Below are positions 23,575 to 37,750 of a stretch of 64,000 nt of DNA, piece after piece (position 1 is the stretch's first letter; each line of letters begins with the position of its first letter). Made by a program: the position numbers and the translations under genes. The notes beneath the pieces were generated by a model that was not told where the DNA came from, ran no database searches, and was given only the letters and a program-made list of their open reading frames with translations. The stretch spans positions 18,972,001 to 19,036,000 of the forward strand of contig OZ024743.1 of assembly GCA_964016885.1 (NCBI GenBank). The letters run 5' to 3'. This DNA comes from Eledone cirrhosa. Taxonomy: Eukaryota.

Positions 23575-25080
23575 AAAAAATTGAACGGGAACAAAACAGA
23601 GAGGCAGTACGAACGAAGGTTTATTAGTTTCACGCTATTGAGAGTGGGGTGGTGGTGGGGAACGACGTTTCGGGCAGAAGCCCTTCTTCAGGTGAAAAGT
23701 GTGTGCGAAGAGAATTCCAAGGGTGTGTTGGGGAGTGGTGGAGAAACATATAGAAAAAAGGGGGTGAGAGGAAACGGTACAAATGAAATTAAATATAAAA
23801 GCATAATAAAAATAAAAATAAACATGAAGTAAAACAGGTGGTGGAAGGGTGTGGGGAGTGTAAGGGTGGGGGCGGGTGGAGTGGGGAGAGGGGGGTGGGG
23901 TGTCCGAGCAGGGAGGGCTGAATGTGGTGTTTGTGTGTAGGCGTACGTGTGTGTGTGTGTGTGTATGTGAAAGTAAGATTTGGGGGAAGAACGGAGTTGC
24001 ATGTTCAGGAACAGGTGTGTGTGGGGTTTGGTGTAGGTCGGTGTGTGTGTGCGTGTGTGGATGGGCAGGGGCCAGAGGGGTGGGGAGAGGATTCTGGAGG
24101 CTGAGTGTGTAAATATGTGGTGGTACGCACGTGTGTGTGTGTGGTGTTTATGCGTGTTGTGGATGTAGGTGGCGTGTGGGAAAAAATGTTTTGAGTGTAT
24201 GTCAGTTGGTGAGTCCTTGAGGTAGTTCCGTAGAGGATCTGGTGGAATGCTGTTGTAATATCCTTGGGGTGTGGTTGATTCTAGGGATCGATGTTCAATA
24301 TGTGTAATCTGTGGTTGGTCGGAAGAGTGGAGATGTGGGGTGTGCGCGCAACAGTAAGTGCTCAGAGGGTCAAGGCAGCAGGAGGGTTGTGTGTCTGTGT
24401 GTGCGGGGAGGTGGTCAGAGATAAGGGCATAGCAGCAGTCGGGTAGAATGGTAACTGAAGAAAAGCGGTGTGTCAGTGTGTGCGGAGGTGCGGTGGCCAG
24501 GAGAGAGGATGGGTAGGTGTGAAAGTTTGAGTGAGGAGGGTGTGTGTGTGTATTAGTAGAGGTGTTAGGGGGATGTGTGTGTGTGTGAGAAAGGGTGCGG
24601 GTGGAGCGGGAGAGAAGGGTGTGGGGGACGGTGGAGGGAGTGTAGTGTACTGGTGTGTGTGTGTGCGTGTTTGGATGAGTGTGAGTGTGGTGAAGGGGGT
24701 GTTAGTGGGTGTTAGTATTATGGATGTGGGGAAAGGGTTGAATGCGGGTGTGATTGGGGGTCAGTGGTGGTAGAGTGTGTAGAGTTGGTGGTGTAAGAGG
24801 GTGTGTGTGTTCGTGTGCGTAGTGTTGGGGGTGTTAGTGATGTTAATTTCGTGTAGAGTGGGTGGTGTAAGTGGGTGTGTGTGTTCGTGTGCGCGGGTTC
24901 GGGGGGTGTTAGTGATGGGTGGTGGGGCGGATGGGTGGGGGTGAGGGTTAGTAGTGGTAGTAGGGTGTGTGTTTAGTGTGAGCGCGTGTATATATGTACC
25001 GGTGGGTTTGTGCGTGTGATAAGGGGAGGGGGGAGAAGAAGTGAGGGATGTGTGTGTGTCTGTGTGTATGGTGGTGTGAG
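23575..25080 (-). mobile_element. Degenerate PLE 3' remnant with CA-rich low-complexity sequence
   Basis: Hammerhead core near the end; possible P.GL.N endonuclease tail remnant near 24200-24290. Boundaries uncertain. Confidence 0.45.
23657..23695 (-). ncRNA. PLE-type minimal hammerhead core
   Basis: CAC-CTGAAGA-A-GGGC-TTCT-GCCC-GAAAC-GTC-GTT; helix I pairing not evident. Confidence 0.6.
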
Positions 25081-26302
25081 TTAATGTGAAGTAAATGTAT
25101 TTATGCGTTTTTCCATCAATAAATGTGTATTATGTGTACATCAAATTTACGTTAAGATATGTATAAGTAGGGCATAAAGTGTATTTACGTTGATCATATA
25201 GTACATTTACTATCTTAAATCATGTTAAACCTGCATTTTATATCAAGTTTTATATAATATATTGGTAGATGATTTCTAAATCTAAACTCATGCATTCCGT
25301 GTAATAAACATTTATTTAATGTATTCGATGTTTTCATTCACATTATTTAAACATTTCCATGGCGTACTGCCCCATACATCTGCAATTTAAGTCATATAAT
25401 TACATCCAGCTCCATAGAGTGAATAACTCGTTCATTTAAAATAAGGTATTTACTCAGCACAAGACCAGTATATTATCGGAGACTATAACTACTCATTGGG
25501 TGTAAATCGAGTTCGATTATTTTAGAAAATGTTTAAAGTATGTTTGTGTATAACCAACTTACAAATGAAATGTCTTTACAAATCTGACGTCTAATGTTTT
25601 ATTGTAAAATCAATACTTTTTATATTAAATCTTATGTATTTATTTTATCACTACTTCATCTAATAGAGGATAATAGGGTCCAATAAGATTTGGACTACGG
25701 TAAATCCTTAAATGAAAAAGGCTCAATACTTCATTTTGTTGCTGCTGGTGTTGTGAATGAGGCCTATCTCAATGCTGATAGAGAATACATATTACCAAAA
25801 TATATGAAGAGATGACGACCCTAATTTTCTCAAGCAATTTGCCTTCAGAATATCAATATCATGTGAATCATACAACTTTAATAATTGAAGTTGATAGCTA
25901 TTTATAATACGTCGAATGTCTATGGATTGGATACTGAAATATCTTGGTGGATTTTCGGGATTTAAAAAAAAGAACATATCTCTTCTATAATAGACAAATA
26001 TATTACCATCGTATCGTAAAATATATCGATCCTTACTATTAAGCGATGTGAAATACGTGTGGTGGATGTTTAACCTTTACTGACCCACGTAACTGTAATA
26101 TTGCCGCAGAGTATTGTTGCTGAGATGTTTGCCTCAAGAACTTGATTTCACTGTATTGGTCATATTGTTGAGGTTAAGGTCGGAATGTGAAGGAAAATAG
26201 TTAAATAGGTGGTAGTCTGTTGTTTAAATACTTTATTGTTTCAGACACAGGCACACACACACAGATGTACACACAGACTTACACACGCACACACACACAC
26301 AC

Positions 26303-26339
<37 letters not shown>

Positions 26340-26452
26340 GCACATACACACATATATATAATTTTACTCCCACAAATATAATGAAACACGGATATCGACA
26401 AATAAATTTGACCAAATGAATTGCTACCCGTGAAATTAATTCATCAGCGGCT

Positions 26453-26893
26453 GAAGTTTGGCGAAATCGTCGAAACATAGGTAGGAATGAATTTCGATAT
26501 TTGTTTTTTATTAGGTACAAATCTCGATTTATGCAACCCCCCCTTTTATAATTTCTAGGTTGATGCTTAATGCTTTTTCAGTACAAAGTTTGTTGTTTAT
26601 CATTTTATGTATTCCTTCTGTATTGTTCATATAGTTGGAATACCATTTTTTGTCGCATTTTATTATTCTCAGTTAGCCTGTGATTTTAAGACATTATACT
26701 AGCATGCAGGCTAATATAATGTCTTAACAGAAGGACTAGATAAAATGATAAACAACAAACTTTGTACTGAAAAAGCATTAAGCATCGACCTAGAAATTAT
26801 AAAGGGGGGAGTTGCATAAATCGAGATTTGCACCTAAGAAAAATCAAATATCGAAATTCATTCCTACCTGTTTCGACGATTTCGCCAAACTTC
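26453..26893. mobile_element. Fold-back element (~150-bp arms 26453-26606 / 26741-26893)
   Basis: GAAGTTTGGCGAAATCGTCGAAACA is mirrored by TGTTTCGACGATTTCGCCAAACTTC. Confidence 0.8.
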
Positions 26894-26914
26894 CAACTGG
26901 ATCAGTGGTAATAT

Positions 26915-27130
26915 TGATTACTGATTTATGTACAAGACCACCACACTGGTGACATGGTAAAATCGATCAAATGGATGACAGTGCATGTGTCATGCTATAT
27001 ATTATCGGTCCAGAAATGAGGAAAAACAAATTTGGCTTCAGCTGCATATGAACTCAGAACATAATGCGCCATGAATATGTACGGCATCATATTTTGTCTA
27101 ACGCTCTAATGATTCTGCCAATCCACCTCC
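26915..27130 (-). mobile_element. Older diverged SINE copy
   Basis: ACAAGACCA..., GAACTCAGA and TCTGCCAATCCACC resemble the other SINE copies. Confidence 0.55.
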
Positions 27131-27199
27131 TTCTCTTCTACTAATAATTATAGTACTGATGCTGTTGCTAAATTTTCGTGATTATTGTAAAGCTGCACC

Positions 27200-30100
27200 G
27201 ACTGGGTACCTGATTATTAATAGCATTTACCCAGGGATTGATATATTACACATTGGAAAACAAACATACTACGACAAGGCTGAACACTACAATCAACAGA
27301 AAATTATGAGAAACATAAAAAATCTGATCAACCAATACAAAGAAGGACTCATAACAAGGAATTCAACTTCATCACAGACTTCACATGTAAATCCAGCCTT
27401 TTCTACAGTATCCCTAAAGTACATATAAGCGAATTAATAAGTAAGTCATGCAAGGAAGCCACAGACATAGTCATCAATATCCCCTCACCCAATGATCTCA
27501 AATTAAGACCTATAATAGCAGGCCCCGCTTGCAAAACCCACCACCTTAGCAACTTCATTACTAACCTTCTCAAGCCTTTTCTCAAACACATCAAAAGGTA
27601 TATAAGGGACGACCTAGATATGCTCAATCACCTCCCTAATAGGCCCTCTTTCTGAACAAACACTACTAGTGACGTTCGATGTAGTCAACCTATACTCCAA
27701 CATCACCCACAACCTAGGAATAGAAGCTATCCAATTCTAGCTGGAAAATTACCATAATGAACTCCCACAACACATCAAAAAAGAATTCGTGATAGAGGGA
27801 CTCAAATTTATCTTGGAGAACAATTACTTCGTTTTCAATAACAAATCCTACAGGCAGAAATCTGGGACCGCTATGGGAACGAAAACAGCCCTCACTTATG
27901 CCAACCTAGTCATGGGATATCTGGAAATCACCCTCTACACTAAAGTACTAAACAAATTTGGAAACACTCTCCACTTACACATAGAAAAGAACTGGAAGCG
28001 ATATCTAGATGACTGCTTCATCCTTTGGCACGAAAACATCGAGAAACTTAAAGAATTTCACACCCTTATAAATGGGCTCAACACGAATATTAACTTTACG
28101 ATGGAATACAGCCATCAACAACTCCCCTTCCTCGACATCCTCATTAAGATTCATAACAAAAAAATAGAAACAGACATATACTACAAGCCCTCAGACTCCA
28201 AGCAATATCTTCCTTTCAACTCTTGCCACCCTAGACACGTTAAAATGAATATTCCCTATAACTTAGCCAAGAGGATATGTACTATAGTCTCCAATAAAAA
28301 TACATGTTACTTACGGCTACAAGAACTACCCTGCATCACTAATTGGCAATGGAATCCAACGTGCCCTAAAACTCAGTACCCAGGACCTTAGACACCCTAA
28401 AGTAAATCAACCGAAACTAAAAGCTCTTCCATACATCTCCGAACACAACCCCCTCAACAATGAGGCCTTTGACACTATCCTCCACAACATCCCTGTGTTA
28501 AAGAAGGACCATAGAATGAACCAAATCCTTCGAACACACGATATCATAAAGAGCAAAAAACAATCTAAGTCAATGAAAAACATCCTAACACATGCCAAAG
28601 TACTCCCAACCACAACAACAAAACCCACAGTAAAAGAAAATGCGATTGACCCAACTGTTGCATATGCATCAACCTAATAGAAGGTTCCGAATTCTATTTC
28701 AAAGAAGGACAACGTTTTATAGTAAAACACAAGTTCACATGCGCATCAGAAAATCTAATATATGTATTAAATTGATCAGGTTGTCGAGAACAATACATAG
28801 ACCAGACCAAACACAGCCTCCGCCAACGCATGACTGTCCATAGATCCCAAATTAAAGTACGGGAATACAGGAAAATACCACTGAGTGAACACATTGATAC
28901 CTGTGCCGCCCAAAATCATCCCAACTTTAGAATCTTTCCCCTCTACAAATTTAAAGATAATGCCACCCACACCCAGCGCATCAGCAAGGAATCTCACTTT
29001 ATTAACAAATACGGACCCCGTCTAAACACTTCTCCCTAAGACGAACCCACAACATACACACGTCAACATACATACCTACATCAGCATACATCCTACATAC
29101 ATCTCTATCCACATATAAACACAATGACATGCGTAAACACACATGTTCTATGGTGCAACACAAATATACACAAATGTGCATACCTTTTGATGTCTATAGA
29201 TATAAACGGGCCGACACACAGACATACATATACGCACACATGCATTGCACACTGATGGGCACATACATATTTGTACACAAGTATTCCCATACGGCAGGGC
29301 CTAATGAATTCCCCTTGCAGTACGTACAATCTGGACACTCACACACACCTTGGTGTTATGACAATACTATATATCATTTCACACCTTGTATTATTAATGT
29401 TTTTGAAGTTCTCTTTAAAGAATCGTTTTTGCTAAAAATATCGAATAATTTACACCATTTTTACCAGTATCACAAAAATACTGGTCCTCCCACACACACA
29501 CACACATGCACACATATACACACACAGCACATATATACACACACACATACACACGCGTACACTAACATACAAAGAGACATATACACACACACACACACAC
29601 ACTTCTCCGTATAAGACAAGAGCTGAGCTGAAAAATATCTTTCAACATGTTAAAATATCCCCCACACACGTACAGACACATTCCTACTGTCCGATCCTTC
29701 TACCACGAATTACTCTGCTACACACACACACAAACACACACACACATACACACACAGACACATATTCGTCTTAATAGGCACCTGAACTGTTGATCTTTCA
29801 ACATGACTGCAATTCACACACACATCCTTACTGACCATTATCACAACAATGAACCTCTTTCCTACACACACATATTTGTCTTAAAGACTTATTTTTCAGT
29901 GACTTCTCAATCAGGCGAAAGAGGACCTCTCTTCGACAAACCTACATTTGGCACAAAATCAATTTTTAACATTCACGTGACCTCTACCGACCAATCAAAA
30001 TTGTTTTGACCACAAGAATTTTTGCAACACGAATTGGCGCGAGACTTATTTTAATACCTCTGGAGCCACTTTTGTCACATAAAACAGGTAGAATTTCCGA

Positions 30101-30280
30101 AACTAATCAGATTAGAGCAAACATCACGGGCACTCTATCTCAAAATTATTTTTGAAAAGCTTTAGAAATGCGCAACCGGTAAAAACTTAAAACTAAAACT
30201 GAATACTAACCAATACTTAGTACTAATTTTTATTTATTCCTAATTAAACTATTTTTCACTGGGAACAATTTGTCAGCAAG
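27200..30280 (+). mobile_element. Decayed Penelope-like element (Neptune/Poseidon-like)
   Basis: RT and GIY-YIG remnants followed by a CA-rich 3' UTR ending at a TA tract. Boundaries approximate. Confidence 0.8.
27250..29039 (+). pseudogene. PLE reverse transcriptase-GIY-YIG ORF, frameshifted
   Basis: LRPIIAGP, LVTFDVVNLYSNI, GTAMG...YANLVMG, WKRYLDDCF, PFLD, YYKPSDSKQYL..NSCHP, NLIYVL.*SGC.EQY..QT..SLRQRMTVH, KE.HFI...GP.LN. Confidence 0.88.
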
Positions 30281-30287
30281 TAAATAT

Positions 30288-30343
<56 letters not shown>

Positions 30344-30345
<2 letters not shown>

Positions 30346-31050
30346 TAGGATTGGTCGTCTGAAATAGCGATGTATACATGAATGTATGTATAGTATATTT
30401 GGAAATATACCGTATGTTTAAGTGAAAACATTTTGAAGACCATACGCTATAGGTTTTAAAGTAGTGACTATGTCACTTACTTCTTTTCGAAAAAAGAAGG
30501 GAGAGAATCTAACAGTTTTTATCACGCTGTTTGGCGATCGTCAGAGCCACCCACTCCCTCTTCCGCCGAAGATTATAGAAGCTGGATTCTTATAGAATTT
30601 CAGTAATAATCAGGAGCCGATTATACAGAGCGATTGCCGGTCCAAAAATTAAGTGACATAGTCACTACTTTAAAACTGATAGCGTATGGTCTTCAAACTG
30701 TTTTTAATTAAACATGCGGTATATTGCCAAATATACTACACATTCATGTATACATCGCTATTTCAGAGCACCAATCCTAATACCTAATTTTTACTGGACT
30801 GGCAATCGCTCTGTATAATCAGCTCCTAGTTAGTACTCAAATTCTATAAGAATCCAGCTTCTATAATTTTCGGCGGAAGAGGGAGTGCGTGGCTCTGACG
30901 ATCGCCAACCAGCGTGAAACAGACTGTTAGCTTCTCTCCCTTCTTTTGCCGAAAAGAAGTAAATGACATAGTCACGACTTTGAAACCTATAGCGTATGGT
31001 CTTCAAAATGATTTTAATTAAACATACGGTATATTTCACAATATACTGTG
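30344..31050. mobile_element. Mini-element: one unit plus two inverted partial copies, flanked by TA tracts
   Basis: 30650-30783 mirrors 30344-30480, and 30790-31046 mirrors ~30400-30650. Confidence 0.8.
30891..30932 (+). ncRNA. Minimal hammerhead ribozyme motif
   Basis: GGCT-CTGACGA-T-CGC-CAACCA-GCG-T-GAAAC-AGACT-GTT-AGCT; degenerate mirror copy at ~30505-30548. Confidence 0.75.
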
Positions 31051-31056
31051 AATACA

Positions 31057-31126
<70 letters not shown>

Positions 31127-32081
31127 TAGCTATATATGCATATATATGTATGGGAATGTGAGATGCCTATATACATATATACTTACAGAGAGAAAAAGAA
31201 AGAGAGAGAGTGAGAGAGAGGTAGAGATGCATAAATAGAAAGACAGATGACGGTAATCTAAATTATAGGAAAACACACATTTACACTGATATTATTGATT
31301 AGCATATATCGCCATTCAGTAAAATCGATACCCTCTACTCGATGCACTATTACATTTGAAGAAAACTCTAAAGCGACTATCGATTATATTTCAAAGGAAT
31401 AGTCGACCAAGGAATAACTTCTCCATTAACCAAAGTTGCATGAAAATGTGTCAGTCCGAGCGTCAAAGAACCTTTCATACGTATGTAAATATTCCTGGAA
31501 ACCTCCTTGTAACGGATGTTGGCAAGATATCAACTTTGCTGTTTTTCTTTTACCACCCGTTATATCCGACTAAATGACATTAATTTTCATGTGTTCTTTA
31601 TAGTTTATACTAATAGCAATGGGCGCACTATTTTAATTAGCATTTATTCAGTACTTGATTCGATTCAAAATTTTACCTGAAGCGGCATTCAAAATAATAT
31701 AGATGTATTTATGTCCATGTATGGCTATATAAATATATGTGCGTGTGGGTTCTATGTATCTATATATTTACATATGTAGGATTTAGTTTAAACACTTACA
31801 AAACTATTTTCCGGCCCTGTACCATTATATTTGAAAAAATCAAATAAATCAGTTTGTAAAATATGCTGTATCAAATTATCCACACTTCATCTCTGTACAC
31901 CGATGAGCAGATTACTTAGCAATCATGATGGTGGTGAGAGTGGTGATATTGGTGGAATTTGAATTCGTGATGACGACGAAGTACTTTATCAAAATGGACA
32001 TTAGATTTGCTTCTGGTAATTTTTATGTCTTTCCTTCTCTCTCTTTAAATTTCAGTTATTTTTAAAAATATATATATACCC

Positions 32082-32112
<31 letters not shown>

Positions 32113-35100
32113 AAACATACACACACACTCACAAATGTATATATATTCGGTTTGTTCTTTTTATGTAAATATATATATATATATGTGTGTGTGTGTGTAT
32201 GTGTGTGTGCGTGCGTGTGGGTGTATGGGGGGGGGTATATCTTGCGATATACGGTTTGTTTCCTCATACACGTTTGAAAATATTTAGCTATTAATTTTGG
32301 CAGCTGATAGCTAGCGCAGCCAGATGGAGTCCAGGAGAGACAGAAGCGAGTAATCTACCGACAGCCGAACGTTTCTGACGACCGTCGGCATCAAGACATT
32401 GCTCCCCCTCCCTGCTGTGTCTGCTGGAATCCTCCGATGTAGGCGAAACTATTAAATGTTAATGCCTATATACATGGGCGGAAGAACCTCATTGCATATG
32501 AAACAGTCGTCCAAATTGAACTGAAAATAGAATTAAAGACTTTGCTCCGACAGAGCTGTATACATATAGATATGTGTGTTTGTATATCTACAGACACAAA
32601 CACACATAGAGATATACAGTATGTCGACAAATAAACATTTGAAAGCCTTTAGCTATGAACCTTGGAATCTGATTGGTTGTGGTAGTTAGAATCACTGATA
32701 AATATGATGAGAGGAAATTATTACTTAACTGTAGGGGAAGGCACGGTGAAGACGCATGTCAAGTCGTCATGATGACTAGTCCCTGTATTTTGTCTCATTA
32801 TACTGGAATATCAAATCTTCTTCATCAAAACACTCTGCATTGTAGCGTTTGGTCCTTTCAACATCTTCGCGGAGGGCGTGGTATATCGTAAATGATGATA
32901 GACAAACAAGCTAACCTGAGGATACAATTTATACGCTGATTACTTGACGGTGCACAGAGATAGTCATGTTCTTTCACGTAAGGTTTTATACACGCCGTTG
33001 CAGTAAAGGAGCTCTAGTAATGTAATAGGTCAAATAAAAGGATAAAGTGGATTTTTGTTTCACGCCCAAGTCACAAAATAATGGAGGAATATAATCGGAG
33101 GAACTTCCACTTTACCTAAGAAGAGATAAATACTGGTACAAGAAAAAAGTGAGGTTTACGAGGAAATTATGGACATAAGAGGTAACCGTTAGATTGTCTA
33201 TGCTTGAGAATAATCGATGAAAAATAATAGCTATCTTACAGAAATTCGTGGCTTAACAATGGTTACGGGCGTGTAACGAGAGGAGGATCAACACAACTTC
33301 TACAAGTGCCACCATGCCCGATCTGACAAGATCATACAGGTAAACTGGCAGTGAATGGAACTATGTAAGCACACTGTATGTGTATGAATTTATGAATATA
33401 TATATGTGGGTATGTTTATGTGTGTATCTATATATGCATGGCTATATGATGTGAGTGGGTGTGATTCTGTTAAGGATAGTCTAGCAAACTGATAAACCGA
33501 TGATTTCTGACACAACACTATTTCGTCACAATATCTATTGTAAATGTTATTCATCGGTGTAGTTGTCTACTTTATTTTTACTATAAATATGATTGTTCAA
33601 GGCCTTAACTATATTTGCAATTTTGATAAAAAAAAAAAAAAACAGGAATAAGGCACATAGCACGGAGGAATTGAAATGGGAATTTAATTTTGTTTTAAGA
33701 AATTATCTTTCTGGAATTTCTTTTTCATTAGATACTTTATAGATGCTTCTTGCATTAAGATATTTCCCACTAAATTACCTCGTTTTGTTTTATGCTGATA
33801 ATACCTTTAAATATATTTATTCGGTGGTTATTTCTATTTTTCTATGCCCACAAGTAAATATTATTGAAATCTAAGAGTAATATGACTTAATGATTTCCAG
33901 CATCGTCTAGTATAATTACTCTAAGGCTAAATATAATATTTCTTAATTATTAATACTGTTGATTTCCCTCAATATATGTTTATTCTGATTAGCGTCTATT
34001 TGCCCTTACCTGAAATACGTTCGTGTTAACTGACTAAAATGTTTTTATCACAACCGTGTATAATAATAGTTCTTTTTGAAGTTAAACAGGAAAAATGTCG
34101 TTCATTACAATATTTAGAGACACATTGTCTCGTCTTGTGTTATTAAGCAATTCTCTGCAGATTCTTCATTTCCAAAACGAAATTAAATTCTGAAGAATGT
34201 TTTGTGTTTTAACGAAATTATTTCATTTTATATTAGCTTTCTTCCGAAACAGTTTTCTTTTCCCATTTATACATTACTTATACATTACTTATATAATCGC
34301 AATATTAGTATGAAGTCTATTTCGATCTTCGGTCAATCAGTCATACAAGTCTGTTTAAATGCTCATATTCTTTGTGTAATATCAACAGTTGGTTACTTTG
34401 TGTGAGCTGTCATATTACTGTTAAATAAAGGGGAATTCGCCAAACCTCTTGGATACAATAGGATGTTTAACCCATTATTTCCACTATCAAATTACATAGC
34501 GAATATCTCATAGAAATACGTGCAATATATGGTAATAATGTCTTAGACAGTCATAACTATTACAACAGATATATTCCCAAATTTAGAAACCAGTTTATGG
34601 TATATCTGATATGAACCAACTTAAAAACATACATTAATGAAATCAAGTCTTTAATTGTGATTACTATTATCAATTACAAAGTGTGAGATAACGAAGTCGA
34701 GTTTATTGAAAATAATTTGATTGGCTATTTTATGTTCATTTGGTTAGCTCTTTTACTTTTCTCACAACAATATATTATTATACTTATCTGCAATACTCGT
34801 GTATTCCTACAACTGTTACACATTCCTAATGAAGACATAATTATTTCATTAATGAGTGATGTCTGATAACAGGATATTTATAGGCCTCAAAGCCTGACAT
34901 TAAACAAGAACATGTCCTAAATATTATAGTAGACAATTACATAATATCATAAGGAAAGTATCGATCAATGGCCAATTTTTATCTAAATTGTATTAAACGT
35001 AATTATAGTTATATCGATCAGGATGTTGTTTATTCCGTGGTCACTATAATTGTTGCTTCAGGAAAAGAATATAACATATTCCACACCATAACACCGAATA

Positions 35101-36445
35101 TATATGGAGTTTATGTTAACTGCAGTTTATTTATGTGAAGTTATATATATTTTCATATATTTTTCTTCTTAATTTAAAACAATTCTTTAAATTTCGACAT
35201 TCCTAGTCACCTTTTTCAATAAAACTTCCTTTCTGGAATGTCCTAGTTGAATAACCCCAATGATCTTAACGGTCTGGGGAGAACGTCATCCAACCCATAG
35301 CTACAAAAATAGTTTCTATGCTAACTGATTTTGAATAGATTACTTATTCATAATTTTAATTAGCTAGAACTGAACATACCCGGTCTTCTTCTAATTAAAC
35401 ACATTACTATTTTATCAAATATGTCATAATATATCGCAGCATGCATATTTGATTTTCATCGTATACTATTGAAATATTTCAACGAAAAATGTCTATTGCC
35501 AAAAGAGTTGGATATGGGAGGCTCTTATTTATAATATCTAGTTAGTTCCTTCGATTTTATGGATTTCCCTTTTGTCATACATCCTGTTTGAAAGAAAAAT
35601 AGCTTGTCAATAAGTCATTGCATTTTAAGTATAATAACAGTACCCAGTACACATGGAAAGGCTTACTTAAACTAGGAGAACTATATCATTGAACATACCT
35701 GCTAGTGATGTCGTGAACATGAATTTAAAACATAATATAATACTGCTCAAAATGTTTTTAAAATGGTGATAGAAAATTTAGAAATTGCGTAATTTAAAAA
35801 CATTATTCCGGATTACAAAAATATTGAGTCTGTCAATTGTTAGCTGTATCACATAAATTCATATTTGATTGAAACAGCTAAGAAGCAACTTATCTTGAAA
35901 GTAACGAAATACTAAAACTTTACTATTGCTCTGATATTACTGATATAATGTGTGAAAGAATGAATATGCTGGAAATGAATTCAAAACATTTGAATGTTGT
36001 CACTTTATCTGTGTTCAGAATTTTTAAATAATAGGAGATTTTGACACAGAACACAGATCAACGTTTTTAATGTTGAATGATAAATATGTATATTTACATA
36101 AAGACAGTTTTTCAGATATACGATTAATCGATTATTAATCGATTTATTAGTAAAACACTCTCCCTATATTTTCTTATATCGCTTCTGTTGTCATATTCTT
36201 TATACCTGATGTTGGGAATAGTCACCAAATAAAAATATTTCTGTTACAATCACAAAAAGGATTCACTATGGTAATTATATAAACGTGTAGTTACAGCAGT
36301 ACGAATTGTTATAATCTACTGAAGGCAACGTGGGAAGTAAACGGAAATAGAATATAAAATGATAGATAACACTAGATTGTAAAAAGATATTACAGGTTGT
36401 AGAGAAAGAAATAGATAAATAGATAGATAGATAGAAAAAATTGAC

Positions 36446-36533
<88 letters not shown>

Positions 36534-37117
36534 GGATAAATTGACGGCTTACAAGTAACAGAAACGTCAGATTAAGTATTTTAAAGAGGATGGTCACAGA
36601 GTGCATTAAAAATATGATCAACTTTCGTTTTGTTAATACGCTCAAGTGTGTTAAAAAGTACTACTGAAATATCACAGAATATACACGATAATATTTTCCT
36701 GGCAGCGTACTTCCTACATTATTAAAAACATTAAAAATTCCCAATGAAGGCAACGTTTTTGTTTAACGTCTATTCGACTGGAATCTGCCAATAAATTTGG
36801 CATAATTGCAACTAATTAATAGTGAAATAAACCAAGTTTGTGTCATTTTTTTTTAAGCCGAGGTATATTTGATTGTTATTTTTTTATTTTTAGTTTTGGT
36901 CGCGTATTGATCTATTTGCTGAATGATTTACATCAATATTTCTCTAGTGACATTATGTGATTTTGTTTATCAGTCGTCTTTTTCAGCATTATAAGGATTG
37001 TGTGTGAAATCAATAAACATCCAATCATATAGATGGGCATACTTAATAATGTTCTTATGTGAATACATATATCTAATGATAAAGACACACATGTATATGT
37101 ACCCATAAACACACACG

Positions 37118-37149
<32 letters not shown>

Positions 37150-37339
37150 AATGTGTGTGTGTGTGTGTGCGTGCGTGTGTGTGTGCGTGTGTGTGTATAT
37201 ATCTGTATTTGAGTATAACATATAATGTTACAGTATTAACGATTTCTAACATCTCTAGAATGTTACACTCATAATCTCAAATTGTACCGCATAATATCTT
37301 GTTATTTTAGTTTCTGTTTTGGTGTTCTCGTGTTCATAA

Positions 37340-37393
<54 letters not shown>

Positions 37394-37573
37394 TATATAT
37401 ATATACGTATCCGTGTACATATATATATTTAAAGAATGAGTTATTTGGTTTGTTGATTATTCAACAAAGTTAATTTACAACAGATTAGAAGCACTCAACA
37501 GTTATAAATTCAATGAAGTTATAACGTGATGTTCACATGAAGACATGTCACTATATTTGCACCACTTATTGTG

Positions 37574-37630
37574 TTTTATCTGACGAACGCATAGTAAAAT
37601 ATTAGTACCCTTGAAATACGCATAATAAAA
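37574..37630 (+). ncRNA. Hammerhead motif in a solo PLE terminal fragment
   Basis: TTTTAT-CTGACGA-...-GAAA-T-ACGC-A-TA-ATAAAA followed by TAAATATGGTTTTATAAA, as at 46298-46315; helix II is weak. Confidence 0.6.
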
Positions 37631-37685
37631 TAAATATGGTTTTATAAAGATATTTTCCATTTACTATATATATATAGAGAGAGAG

Positions 37686-37749
<64 letters not shown>

Positions 37750-37750
<1 letters not shown>

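Noticed and set aside
30050-30115. Hammerhead at the 3' end of the 27.2-kb PLE (GAAACTAATCAGA)
   Set aside because: No intact CUGANGA box; at most a decayed remnant.
32340-32520. Partial hammerhead-like strings (CTGACGA; GGAAGA...GAAACAGTCGTC)
   Set aside because: Helices I and II could not be closed convincingly.
32900-36300. Long unique AT-rich stretch
   Set aside because: No ORF, repeat or structure that I could support.
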